A DNA stretch of 64,000 bases from Leptospira sp. (GTDB lineage Bacteria; Spirochaetota; Leptospiria; Leptospirales; Leptospiraceae): assembly GCA_034439575.1 (NCBI GenBank), contig JAWXAQ010000033.1:1-64000 (forward strand), written 5' to 3'. Of this stretch, positions 8,163 to 18,050 are shown in pieces. A model generated the notes under the pieces. The model saw only the letters and a list, made by a program, of their open reading frames with translations. It was not told where the DNA came from and did not search any database. Position numbers and translations under genes: made by a program. Each line of letters opens with the position of its first letter. Position 1 is the first letter of the stretch.

Positions 8163-10366
8163 GATGCCACTTCCGATTTCTTTTTATTTTTTTCACCAAT
8201 AGGTAGCAGTAAAAATAATCCAGTGACAAAATACATTGCTGAACCTAACCAAATTAATTTTACTAGAGGATTAATCCAGATTTCTAAATTCGCAACGATT
8301 TCTTTAGGGAATTGTAAATAGAGGGCTAATTTTTCTTTTTCCGTTTGGCCTGTAAAATAATAATTCATAAATAAAAGAGGAAGATCTGGATTTTCCGAAC
8401 TCATATCTGCCTTTTCAATCGCACCTAACTGAATGTAGAAGTCTTCCTTTGCTAAACTCAAAATCGCAGGTTCGCTAGTAGGAATGTGAGTTTCAAAATC
8501 TCCTGTTAAATGAGAAATTTGCGGATAAAACCTACGTTCTGTAACAAGATCAGCTTCTTTGTTTGTGCCGCGAAATATAGAATATGTAGCTTCTTGTGAA
8601 ACGATCACATTTTGTATGTTTGGTTCGGAGCCAATGCCTGAAATCAAAACTGGTTTTATTTTCAAAGTGGAAGCTTCTATTTGATAGGCAGAGAGTATTC
8701 CTTTATCAATTGATTGATAGACAACTTCATTTGAAGTTGGGGGCATTAATTGGTAATAAAACTTGATAGATGTGTTTTGTTTAAAAGCATTTCCTGCATA
8801 ACCTATAAAAATCATAACTAAAGAAAAGTGAACTAGATAACCACCATACCTACGTTTGTTTTTAATAAGTAATTGATAGGCGGCAATAGGAAAACTTTCT
8901 TCTGGGTTTTGTTCTTTTCTTGCTTTTGTTCCTCTGTAGTATTCTTGAAAAATTCCTGAGATTGTGAAAATTCCGATCCCAACAGTGAGTATAGAATATA
9001 CTTCTGATAATACATCTCCGTAACCTGCACTTGGTTTGGTGAAAGCTTGAGAATAAAAAAGTACATATGCGCCAGCCCCAATGACACCTGCGATAAATGG
9101 TTTCAGTAGAGTATTAAAGAATACACTGCCTGCACCTTTGCGCCAGGCAAGGAGTGGTGCCGAACCCATAAGTAACAAAAGAAATATGCCTGCAGGCACT
9201 CCCCAAGAGTTAAACCAAGGTGCTTTGAATTCTTTACCATAGAGTAAAGGTGAAAAAACTCCGAGTAAGATCGCGGCAGTTGATAAGACCAATAAAAAAT
9301 TATTTAAAAGGAAACTTCCTTCTTTAGAAGTAATCGCTTCCAAATTTCTTTCCGGGCTTAAGGATTTTTTTCTATAGATCACAAAGCCAGTAAAGAATAC
9401 AAAACTTAGGATAATGTAACATAGAAAAGGTGTGCCAATTGTTGATTTGGAAAAACTATGTGGGCCTTCAAGTACTCCCGACCTCGTGATCCATGTTCCG
9501 AGTAAGCTGAAATGGAATGCGAGGATCACAAGCAACATATTCCAAAACTTTAACATGCCTCGTCTTTCTTGGATGACAACCGAGTGAACGAAGGCTGATG
9601 TCAGTAACCAAGGCATAAGGGATGCATTCTCTACTGGATCCCATGCCCAGTATCCGCCCCAACCTAACTCTTCGTAGGCCCATTTGGAACCGAGTAAAAT
9701 TCCTGTTCCCAAAAAAAACCAAGAGAATAAAGTCCATTTTCGAATGAATTTCATCCAATCTTCAGACAATTGACCCGAGACCAAAGCTGACATAGCGATG
9801 GCAAACGGTATCGAAATACTAACATAGCCGATATATAAAATGGGCGGATGGATAATCATTGCCCAATGTTGCAAAAGTGGATTTAAGCCTCTACCGGCAA
9901 CGGCTTCTGGTTGAAATTCTCTGAATGGTTGCGCGTCAGCATAAAAGATGGCTAAAAAACTAAAAAATCCAGATAACACGGCTAAGATGATGTTCATCAC
10001 TGGGATTCTATCTTGAATGGACTTTCTCGTTTGCCATAATACGATAAAAGTAAAAACATTTAAGATTAAATTCCAGAATAGGAGCGATCCAGATGAGCCA
10101 GACCAGATAGAAGTCATTTTATAAAATAAAGGTAGATGTTCACTGGAATGCATGACTACATAATAATTACTTAAGTCAGATCGCATAAGCTGTGTTAATA
10201 ATACCAAAAAGGCAAGTATGATGATGGCGGGATTTGTCATCAGAGCCAATCGGCCTAGTTCGATCCCTTTTCTATCAGACTTTAATAAACCATAAGTGGT
10301 TTGGATGATAGAAAAACACAAAACAGCAAGGGAAGAAGTGAGTAAGATGGTTCCTAAATTATTCAT
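8159..10366 (-). CDS. ccmF: Heme lyase CcmF
   Basis: WWD domain WAYEELGWGGYWAWDPVENASLMPWL, GRGLNPLLQH, IHPPILYIGY, TRSGVL..HSF, INPLVKLIWLG. Confidence 0.96.
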   Translation of the reverse strand: MNNLGTILLTSSLAVLCFSIIQTTYGLLKSDRKGIELGRLALMTNPAIIILAFLVLLTQLMRSDLSNYYVVMHSSEHLPLFYKMTSIWSGSSGSLLFWNLILNVFTFIVLWQTRKSIQDRIPVMNIILAVLSGFFSFLAIFYADAQPFREFQPEAVAGRGLNPLLQHWAMIIHPPILYIGYVSISIPFAIAMSALVSGQLSEDWMKFIRKWTLFSWFFLGTGILLGSKWAYEELGWGGYWAWDPVENASLMPWLLTSAFVHSVVIQERRGMLKFWNMLLVILAFHFSLLGTWITRSGVLEGPHSFSKSTIGTPFLCYIILSFVFFTGFVIYRKKSLSPERNLEAITSKEGSFLLNNFLLVLSTAAILLGVFSPLLYGKEFKAPWFNSWGVPAGIFLLLLMGSAPLLAWRKGAGSVFFNTLLKPFIAGVIGAGAYVLFYSQAFTKPSAGYGDVLSEVYSILTVGIGIFTISGIFQEYYRGTKARKEQNPEESFPIAAYQLLIKNKRRYGGYLVHFSLVMIFIGYAGNAFKQNTSIKFYYQLMPPTSNEVVYQSIDKGILSAYQIEASTLKIKPVLISGIGSEPNIQNVIVSQEATYSIFRGTNKEADLVTERRFYPQISHLTGDFETHIPTSEPAILSLAKEDFYIQLGAIEKADMSSENPDLPLLFMNYYFTGQTEKEKLALYLQFPKEIVANLEIWINPLVKLIWLGSAMYFVTGLFLLLPIGEKNKKKSEVAS

Positions 10367-10755
10367 TTTTCTTCTGCGTACCCAGCTTCATATTTTGAAG
10401 CGCACTTCGCTTCCACATGGCTTGCGACTAAAATTCCGTTTTCAATTTTTCCATCCACACGAGCTCGTGCTCCTTCTTTGAAGGCATCAGGTAACAAGGT
10501 TTCGCCGGTAAAATAAACAGGAATTTCTTTATCATTCAATTCCAAAGTGAATTTTGCTTTTTTACCTTCGCGGACAAGTGAGCCTAATTTGACAAAGCCC
10601 CTAACACGAAGATTTTGATCTGTATATTTTGCCGAACTTGCGGCAAGTTCAGAGGCATCCAGAAGTAAAAAAGAAGTCTCTTTGGATGAGAAATAGGCGA
10701 TCCCCGCCAAAGAAAGTCCAATGGTGAGTAGTAGTGCTATAAATTTTGTATTCAT
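10363..10755 (-). CDS. ccmE: Heme chaperone CcmE (CxxxY variant)
   Basis: N-terminal TM, LRVRGFV..GS, LPDAFKEG, C-terminal AKCASKY. Confidence 0.9.
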   Translation of the reverse strand: MNTKFIALLLTIGLSLAGIAYFSSKETSFLLLDASELAASSAKYTDQNLRVRGFVKLGSLVREGKKAKFTLELNDKEIPVYFTGETLLPDAFKEGARARVDGKIENGILVASHVEAKCASKYEAGYAEEK

Positions 10756-10829
10756 ACCGTTTCTTAGACGAATTCAGATTCGCCCACTTTCAGGCTCTCA
10801 AAAACCTAAAGTAGAGTCAAGTCCAACCT

Positions 10830-11606
10830 CTAAAGGTAACCCTTGATTTCGTAGACCAAATACCCCATCCATTCCTTTAGCGCAATCGTCGAAATTTCTA
10901 AAAAGTGAGGTGAAGGCATCCAAATGTCGAATGCATTTGTATTCCCATCGATAGATTTGTAATCCGTTGGGAATAAAACAAAGTTTAGATTTGCTTTTTT
11001 GAAGCAAGCCGTTGCCCGCAAACTATGGAATGCTGATGTAACAAGAATTAGTGATTTAATATTATGTTCTTCAATTTTTTTTGCAGAAAAAATAGCATTC
11101 TCATAAGTGTTTTTAGATTCTCTTTCCAAAATTAAATCTTCTTTGGCGACTCCGAGATCTAGAAAGATTTTTTCTGCAAGGTCAGCTTCTTTGATTTCTC
11201 CTGCGAACAAAATGCCAGATCCACCTGTGAATAATATCTTTTTTGCCTTACCAGCTCTGTAAATTCTAGTTGCATCCACCAAACGGTCGCTAGAATCTGT
11301 TAATTCGGGTCTACCTTTGTATTTGCCAAGAGTATTGATCATACCACCTAATACGACAACGGCGTCCGATTCTGGTAAGGATGAAATCTCAACGGGAGGA
11401 AACTTTTTTTCGAGACTTTCTATAAGAGAATTTGCGATAAACGAATTGGAAAAATAGAATAGAAATAAAAGTAAAAATCCCAATTTCAATTTTTGTCTAT
11501 AACCATGGAGGAAAAAAATCATAAGTAAGCCAAAAAGAAAAAATAGGGGGAAAGGGTAAAAGAATAGAGTTAGAACTTTTGAAAAGAAAAAGAATAGAGA
11601 ATCCAT
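10830..11606 (-). CDS. YdcF/ElyC/SanA (DUF218) family membrane protein
   Basis: AVVVLGG, ILFTGG, ESKNTYENA, LVTSAFHSLRA, ALKEWMG. Confidence 0.9.
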   Translation of the reverse strand: MDSLFFFFSKVLTLFFYPFPLFFLFGLLMIFFLHGYRQKLKLGFLLLFLFYFSNSFIANSLIESLEKKFPPVEISSLPESDAVVVLGGMINTLGKYKGRPELTDSSDRLVDATRIYRAGKAKKILFTGGSGILFAGEIKEADLAEKIFLDLGVAKEDLILERESKNTYENAIFSAKKIEEHNIKSLILVTSAFHSLRATACFKKANLNFVLFPTDYKSIDGNTNAFDIWMPSPHFLEISTIALKEWMGYLVYEIKGYL

Positions 11607-11827
11607 GATGCAGTGGATATAGCCAAATTAGATCTGACAAGCGGGAAACAAGTGAATCCTCACCTTATAAATTTTCAATTCTACCTAGAACTCGCAAAAT
11701 CAGAAGGGAATATGTATTCATTTTTGAAATTACGCATTCCAAAGAACTAATTCGACAAAAATAACAAAAACTTGGTTTTTTTAGTTCCAGATCTCAGGGC
11801 TTCCGAGTATATTATCCAGAAAAAAGG

Positions 11828-13300
11828 ATGGTGAGCATGTTACGGAAGCTCCTTACATTATTCGTATTCATTGCCTGTATTGGATTTTTTTCGGCGACTC
11901 TTTTAGCCGATGAACCAACAACGACAGGTCAACCCACAGTTCAAGAAGAGACAGGGCATTCAACTCATGGAGCAGAAGCACATGCAGAATTGCCATATTG
12001 GTCTGTGATTCCCTTCATTGCAATTCTTCTAAGCATTGCTATTCTACCTGTCGCTTCTCATAAAACAGAACATTGGTGGGAAAATAACAACAATAAGTTG
12101 ATGTTAGCAGTAGGACTTGGTGCTATATCATTTGTTGTTTTAATTTTTTATGGTTATGGTCATAACATTTTTCATACAGTCGTGTTTGATTATATTCCGT
12201 TTATCATTTTACTAGCCTCCTTGTTTTATATTTCTGGCGGGATTGTAATAAAAGGTGATATTCAGGCGACACCACTTAACAATTCTATCTATTTATTTAT
12301 CGGGGCGAGCCTTGCTTCCTTTATCGGAACAACAGGTGCATCGATGCTTCTGATTCGTCCACTTCTCAAAACCAACAGTGAAAGAAAACATGTAGTACAT
12401 ACAGTTGTGTTTTTTATTTTTCTTGTATCCAATATCGGTGGTTCTCTCACTCCACTCGGTGATCCTCCCTTGTTTCTTGGTTATTTGAAGGGAGTGCCTT
12501 TCACTTGGACTTTTGGTCTGTTACCTGAAATGTTATTTGCAGCCATTATTTTGCTAATTGTCTATTTTATTTGGGATACCCTTGCCTATAAAAAAGAATC
12601 AAAAACTGCAATTAAGAAAGATATCAAAACAGCTGTTCCTTTTTCCATTGGTGGACAAGTAAATTTCGTGTGGTTGTTAGGCGTGATTTTGTCTGTTGCT
12701 TTTTTGAATAGTAACTATATTCCGGCCATCGCAGAAAATCCATTTCTTGGGTTCATTCGGGAAGCAGTTCTTATCGCATTAATTGTTGCATCAAAATACA
12801 CTTCAAAAGTGGAGTTTAGGAAATACAATAATTTCACACTTCACCCCATCCAAGAAGTGGCGTATCTCTTTATTGGTATTTTTATCACGATGATTCCAGC
12901 TCTCGTATTGCTTGAGTCGCATGGTAAAGAGTTAGGTGTCACTGAGAGATGGCAGTTTTTTTGGGCGACTGGGGCTTTCTCCTCAGTACTTGATAATGCA
13001 CCGACTTATTTAACTTTCGGATCTCTTGCTTCGGGATTGTTGACTCCGACTGGGGCCGAGGCTTGGACATTGGGTCAGTTTATAGGCAATCCACAGGCTG
13101 AGGAAATTTTGAAAGCGATTTCTGTTGGAGCGGTCTTTATGGGTGCCAATACGTACATCGGAAATGCTCCGAACTTTATGGTGAAATCTGTAGCCGAAGA
13201 AAACAAAGTTAAAATGCCGTCTTTTGGTGGTTATATGGCGTATTCAATGGGAATATTGGTTCCTATTTTTGCCGTTATGACTTTTATCTTTTTTCTTTAG
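11828..13300 (+). CDS. Ion-transporter (IT) superfamily permease, putative Na+/H+ antiporter or citrate transporter
   Basis: Many TM segments; GTTGASMLLIRP, SNIGGSLTPLGDPPLFLG, SSVLDNAPTY, GANTYIGNAPNFMV. Confidence 0.85.
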   Translation: MVSMLRKLLTLFVFIACIGFFSATLLADEPTTTGQPTVQEETGHSTHGAEAHAELPYWSVIPFIAILLSIAILPVASHKTEHWWENNNNKLMLAVGLGAISFVVLIFYGYGHNIFHTVVFDYIPFIILLASLFYISGGIVIKGDIQATPLNNSIYLFIGASLASFIGTTGASMLLIRPLLKTNSERKHVVHTVVFFIFLVSNIGGSLTPLGDPPLFLGYLKGVPFTWTFGLLPEMLFAAIILLIVYFIWDTLAYKKESKTAIKKDIKTAVPFSIGGQVNFVWLLGVILSVAFLNSNYIPAIAENPFLGFIREAVLIALIVASKYTSKVEFRKYNNFTLHPIQEVAYLFIGIFITMIPALVLLESHGKELGVTERWQFFWATGAFSSVLDNAPTYLTFGSLASGLLTPTGAEAWTLGQFIGNPQAEEILKAISVGAVFMGANTYIGNAPNFMVKSVAEENKVKMPSFGGYMAYSMGILVPIFAVMTFIFFL

Positions 13301-13309
13301 AATTCAAAT

Positions 13310-13338
13310 TGGTGCAAGGGAGATTCTCCTTTGCACCA
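13310..13338. terminator. Intrinsic terminator-like hairpin between convergent genes
   Basis: TGGTGCAAGGGA-GATTC-TCCTTTGCACCA with AT-rich flanks. Confidence 0.75.
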
Positions 13339-13354
13339 TTATGGTTTTTAATTT

Positions 13355-14344
13355 TTATTTTGATTTTTCTTCATTCAATTTTTCTAACTGATTCAATCCA
13401 AAACCTAAGGCTATCCCGATAACTAGAGCGATGATAGGATACGTCATTTCATCAAGCGATCTTGGTAGAATATTTTTTGCCGTTGCAATTTGAATGTCTC
13501 GTTTCACTTCACCTGACCGACCAACAACTGTTTGGCCATTCGCATAATCCTTAAAAGGCCACAGGATAAAAAACGAACCTAATATCAATCCCAGAAGAAA
13601 AGTCATAGTATGTGATTTGTATTTTTTAAATAGCCATTTGACAAAATGAGTGAAGATAATCAGACCCAAAAGACATCCAATCGCAAAAGCAGAAAGAAAC
13701 AAAATCGAATCCATTGAAGCGATATTTGATAATTTGTTTATCACGATTTGGTATTCGCCAAGTACGAGCATAATGTAAGATCCAGAAATGCCAGGAAGGA
13801 TCATTGCTGAAATCGCTACAGTTCCTGTGATAAAAGCAATCAGCGGATTTTCCGATCCTGCTGTATCTCCCATAAAAAAAGATGGGACGATGGTAAGAAG
13901 AATTCCTGGAATGATAAACAACCAAACAAATAAAGAATGTTTTTCTATTAATTTATAAGGAACTGAAAGTGATGGAATAATCAGACCGATAAACAATGCT
14001 AAGGTGGGAGCAGGGTGGTTTTGTAATAAAAACTGTATGATTTTAGCACCTGAAATTACCGAGATAAGTAAACCCATTCCGAGAAAGGCCAAAAACCAAA
14101 AGTCAATTCGTTTCATTTCTTTAGCAAAATGTTCTCGTTTTGTTGGATTCAAAAATCCGAAAATAAATTGGAAAGTAACGCTCAATGTGACTCCATTGAT
14201 AGAAGTGGTGGCGGTGATCAAACGGTCATAAAGTCCCAAGATCAAAGCAAATGTTCCCCCGGAAACTCCAGGAATTAAATTTGCGATACCGATTAAAAAT
14301 CCATTCAGGATACAAAATAAAATCTCTTTCTTTGTAAGTGGCAT
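13355..14344 (-). CDS. DUF368 family membrane protein (undecaprenyl-phosphate translocase family)
   Basis: Twin motifs GIANLIPGVSGGTFALILGLYD and AISAMILPGISGSYIMLVLGEY; likely start ATG 14344 (MPLTKKE). Confidence 0.92.
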   Translation of the reverse strand: MPLTKKEILFCILNGFLIGIANLIPGVSGGTFALILGLYDRLITATTSINGVTLSVTFQFIFGFLNPTKREHFAKEMKRIDFWFLAFLGMGLLISVISGAKIIQFLLQNHPAPTLALFIGLIIPSLSVPYKLIEKHSLFVWLFIIPGILLTIVPSFFMGDTAGSENPLIAFITGTVAISAMILPGISGSYIMLVLGEYQIVINKLSNIASMDSILFLSAFAIGCLLGLIIFTHFVKWLFKKYKSHTMTFLLGLILGSFFILWPFKDYANGQTVVGRSGEVKRDIQIATAKNILPRSLDEMTYPIIALVIGIALGFGLNQLEKLNEEKSK

Positions 14345-14372
14345 ACTTGAAAGATTTATATTCGTTTCATGT

Positions 14373-15446
14373 CTAGGCAAGATTTTTTCTGCTAAAGTGT
14401 AGCCCAATTCTCACCAGGATATAGATAATCATATAAATAATAACAGTCATTATTACCCATACAAATTCAGAAAATAAGAATTCCGATTGGTGAATGCGAA
14501 AATAACTGAATGATATATATGCTGGTATATTGGACAAACAAACAAGCAAACAAGTCTTAGTTTTCCCTAATTTGGTTTCGGTTAATAATTGGTATAAATG
14601 TTCTTTGTGCGCTGAAAATACATGTTTGTCTTGGTAGGCTCGTATAATCAGTGTTATGATTCCATCAATCCAGAATACCGGGAATAGAAAAAATAATAAA
14701 GATATTTCAAAAGTTCCTATGTTTTGTCTTGGGAGAATTAAGGGAAGGGCAAACAATAAAAATCCGAGCGCTAAAGATCCACTATCACCCATAAACAATT
14801 TTGCTTTCGGGAAATTGAAAAATGAAAAACCAGAAAGTGATACTAAAAGTAACAATAAAATCAGAATGTAACTGTTTGAAAAGCCCAGAGTTAAACTAAA
14901 AATAGGAATCCAGAAATAAATGCTAAGTGCAGTTGTTCCTACCAAATATAAATCCAATCCATCCATAAAATTGACCAGATTGACAACAAACACCATCACA
15001 AATCCAAGAAACAAAACTTTGAGCCATGTGACATGGATTTCCATTCCAAATAAACTTATATTAGGTGAAACTAAATAAATCCAAACAAAAGCAAATCCAA
15101 ATTCTAGAACCAAGCGAAGTTTAGGTGAAAGGTGAAAGATATCATCAGCAAAGCCTAAAAGACAAAAAAAGATGGTTCCAAAAATCAAGAGTTTGAAGGT
15201 GAAATTTTCATTTGGGAAGGGGAAAGAGTGCAGATATCCGAATTGGGATAAAAACCCCCAAAGGAAGAAGAGGAGTAAAAAGTAGGGAATAAATATCATT
15301 CCACCTGATTTTTTTGTGATTTCGGTATGTAAGCTCCTTTCATTAGGAATATCTCTCACCCCGAGTCTACCAAACACATAGATTGCATGCAAAATTAGGC
15401 TAAAGATGGCGAGTATTGCCAAGATGATTAGAAATGAGCGGTTCAT
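14373..15446 (-). CDS. MraY/WecA/TagO-family polyprenyl-phosphate GlcNAc-1-P transferase (Glycos_transf_4)
   Basis: DIPNERSLH, LGFADD, NLVNFMDGLD, FNFPKAKLFMGDSGS, AHKEHLYQ. Confidence 0.9.
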   Translation of the reverse strand: MNRSFLIILAILAIFSLILHAIYVFGRLGVRDIPNERSLHTEITKKSGGMIFIPYFLLLFFLWGFLSQFGYLHSFPFPNENFTFKLLIFGTIFFCLLGFADDIFHLSPKLRLVLEFGFAFVWIYLVSPNISLFGMEIHVTWLKVLFLGFVMVFVVNLVNFMDGLDLYLVGTTALSIYFWIPIFSLTLGFSNSYILILLLLLVSLSGFSFFNFPKAKLFMGDSGSLALGFLLFALPLILPRQNIGTFEISLLFFLFPVFWIDGIITLIIRAYQDKHVFSAHKEHLYQLLTETKLGKTKTCLLVCLSNIPAYISFSYFRIHQSEFLFSEFVWVIMTVIIYMIIYILVRIGLHFSRKNLA

Positions 15447-15524
15447 TTTGATTAAGATTCAATCCCGCCGTTCATTTGGCAGTTTTTTATTGCAAAAATG
15501 AGTCCACATTCCAGTTTTAAATTT

Positions 15525-16409
15525 ATGTTTCAAGGCGTCTACACCGCAGTTATTACCCCCTTCCGGAACGGAAAAGTCGATTACGATAGCTATTTTAAAA
15601 TCCTTGAGAACCAAATCTCTTCAGGAGTCGCGGGCGTAGTTCCTTGCGGCACTACGGGCGAATCACCCACACTTTCCTACGAAGAACACAAGGAACTCAT
15701 CCAAAAAACTGTATCCTTGGTATCCAAACGTATCCAAGTCATCGCAGGTACAGGCTCAAATTCGACGTCTGAGGCCATTGAACTGACAGAAAGTGCCTGT
15801 GCCGATGGAGTGGATGGGATTTTATCTGTGAATCCTTATTACAACAAACCCACACAAGAAGGTATGTTTCTCCATTTTCAATCCATTGCCAAACATTCGA
15901 CAAAACCTGTCATGTTGTACAATATTCCTGGCAGAACAAATGTTAATTTATTGCCGGAGACTGTTCTTCGATTATCTGAAATACAAAATATAACTGCGAT
16001 TAAAGAGGCGACGGGAGATCTAGGCCAAATGGCAAAGGTTATCTCTTTGACAAAACCCGGCTTTTCTTTGTTATCTGGTGATGATAACCTAACTTTACCC
16101 GTTTTATCAATTGGTGGAATGGGGGTAGTATCCGTTGTTTCCAATTTATTTCCGAGAGCCTGCGTCGATATGGTTTCTCTATTTCAAAGAGGAGAGATTG
16201 CGGAGAGCCGAAAAATTTATTATAAATTACTTCCTGTTTTTATAAATGCGTTTATCGAGACAAACCCGATTCCGATTAAGGCCGCCATGAGCTGGTTTGG
16301 TTATTGTGATAATGAATTAAGATTACCAATGACTCCCATATCACAAGGTGCCGCGGCTGATAACTTTAAAAAAATGATTTTTAAATTGAAAGAGGACGGC
16401 ATTGTCTAA
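15525..16409 (+). CDS. dapA: 4-hydroxy-tetrahydrodipicolinate synthase
   Basis: [48 protein letters not shown]. Confidence 0.97.
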   Translation: MFQGVYTAVITPFRNGKVDYDSYFKILENQISSGVAGVVPCGTTGESPTLSYEEHKELIQKTVSLVSKRIQVIAGTGSNSTSEAIELTESACADGVDGILSVNPYYNKPTQEGMFLHFQSIAKHSTKPVMLYNIPGRTNVNLLPETVLRLSEIQNITAIKEATGDLGQMAKVISLTKPGFSLLSGDDNLTLPVLSIGGMGVVSVVSNLFPRACVDMVSLFQRGEIAESRKIYYKLLPVFINAFIETNPIPIKAAMSWFGYCDNELRLPMTPISQGAAADNFKKMIFKLKEDGIV

Positions 16410-17205
16410 ATTAAAAATTGGCCTGATTGGGGCAAATGGGCGGATGGGGAAGGCCATCATCCAAGTCCTATCCAGTTCCAACAAATCTACTTTAGGTGCC
16501 GCCATTGTCAAAGAAGGTTCCGTTTATTTAGGATTTGATTCTGGTATTCATTCTGGAATCAAAGAAACTGGCATTATATTTTCGTCTGATTTATCAAAAG
16601 GTTGTAAAGATTCTGATATACTCATTGATTTTAGTTCACATGCAGGTTTTGCAGATAACATTGCTATGGCGGTATCTGAGAAAAAGCCAATCGTAATAGG
16701 AACTACTGGTTTTACTGACACCGAAAAATTAATCATTCAAGATGCGGCCACCAAAATCCCAATCGTATTTTCACCTAACATGTCGGTTGGTGTGAATCTA
16801 TTATTTAAACTAACAGAAATTGCTGCGAAAGTTTTACAAGATGGATTTGATATTGAGGTACTGGACATTCATCATAGACACAAAAAGGATTCTCCTTCAG
16901 GTACAGCGCAACACCTAAAAGAAGTTTTACTTAAGTCATTAGGTCGCAAAGAAGAAAATGTCATCTATGGCAGACATGGGATGTATCCTGAAAGAGAACA
17001 AAAAGAGATCGCAATTCACACGATGCGAGCAGGCGAAGTGATCGGGGATCATACCGTATTTTTCCTAAGTCCTGAAGAAAGGATCGAAATTTCCCATAAG
17101 GCACAAGATAGAAAAACCTTTGCTGTCGGTGCTGTGAAAGCGGCAGAATTTCTCAAAGATAAAACCAAAGGTTTATACAATATGTTTGATGTATTGGGAA
17201 TATAA
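16402..17205 (+). CDS. dapB: 4-hydroxy-tetrahydrodipicolinate reductase
   Basis: [43 protein letters not shown]. Confidence 0.97.
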   Translation: MSKLKIGLIGANGRMGKAIIQVLSSSNKSTLGAAIVKEGSVYLGFDSGIHSGIKETGIIFSSDLSKGCKDSDILIDFSSHAGFADNIAMAVSEKKPIVIGTTGFTDTEKLIIQDAATKIPIVFSPNMSVGVNLLFKLTEIAAKVLQDGFDIEVLDIHHRHKKDSPSGTAQHLKEVLLKSLGRKEENVIYGRHGMYPEREQKEIAIHTMRAGEVIGDHTVFFLSPEERIEISHKAQDRKTFAVGAVKAAEFLKDKTKGLYNMFDVLGI

Positions 17206-17207
17206 AA

Positions 17208-18050
17208 TTGGATTTTTTACGCGGTTTATATATCATTCAATGGAATAAAAATTATATTTCTATTGGTTTAGATATATTGATAGTTTCTTATATTATTTAT
17301 AAGACATATACTACTTTGCGAAGAACCAGAGGACTACAACTCCTTCTTGGAGTTGGAATGATATGGATTTCGGGTAGTCTTGCCGAATATTTAAACTTTG
17401 AACTTTTAGAATGGATTCTGACAAATATCAGACCAGCTTTAGTATTTGCTATTATTGTGCTTTTACAACCCGAATTGCGTCGGTTAACTGGGGACTTTGC
17501 TCGCATTAGGTTACTTCGTTTGTTTTTTTTGAAACCTGTTTTTGATTTAGAACCGATCATAGATGCTGTTCGTTCCATGGCTTCGCAAAAAATTGGCTCT
17601 CTTATTGTACTTGTAAAAGATATTAGCCTTAAAGATATTTCTGAAAATGCGGTTCCCATTGATTCTGTAGTTTCTTCTGAATTATTACAGACTATATTTT
17701 TTAAAAATTCGCCTCTGCATGATGGTGCAGTGATCATTGAACAAAACCGCATCATTTCCGCCGCATCTTATTTGCCCATGAGTTCCAATCTAGAGATATC
17801 AACTTTAGGAGCGAGGCATAGATCCGCTCTTGGTTTAAGCGAAGAAACTGATGCGATTGTTATTGTGACTTCAGAAGAGACAGGTGAGATTACTGTTTGT
17901 TATGCGGGCGAAATGTTCCATCCAGTTAAATCTCTAGAGTTACGTGCGTTAGTTGGTAATTTAATGGCTGGAACTGCCACAAAAAAATATCCGAAAGACG
18001 AAGATAAAAAACATAAAAAAGAAAAAGAAGTCGGTGTGAATCATGATTAA
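17208..18050 (+). CDS. cdaA: Membrane diadenylate cyclase CdaA/DacA
   Basis: Three N-terminal TMs, LQPELRR, DAC motifs PLHDGAV and GARHRSALG, VTSEETG. Confidence 0.95.
   Translation: MDFLRGLYIIQWNKNYISIGLDILIVSYIIYKTYTTLRRTRGLQLLLGVGMIWISGSLAEYLNFELLEWILTNIRPALVFAIIVLLQPELRRLTGDFARIRLLRLFFLKPVFDLEPIIDAVRSMASQKIGSLIVLVKDISLKDISENAVPIDSVVSSELLQTIFFKNSPLHDGAVIIEQNRIISAASYLPMSSNLEISTLGARHRSALGLSEETDAIVIVTSEETGEITVCYAGEMFHPVKSLELRALVGNLMAGTATKKYPKDEDKKHKKEKEVGVNHD

Noticed and set aside
11707..11740. Imperfect hairpin (GGAATATGTA...TACGCATTCC) as a possible ion riboswitch upstream of the transporter
   Set aside because: No match to fluoride, Na+ or c-di-AMP riboswitch cores that I can recognise; weak AT-rich stem.
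15476..15494. TTGGCA...TTGCA as a sigma54 promoter for dapA
   Set aside because: GG-to-GC spacing is 12 nt rather than the required 10.
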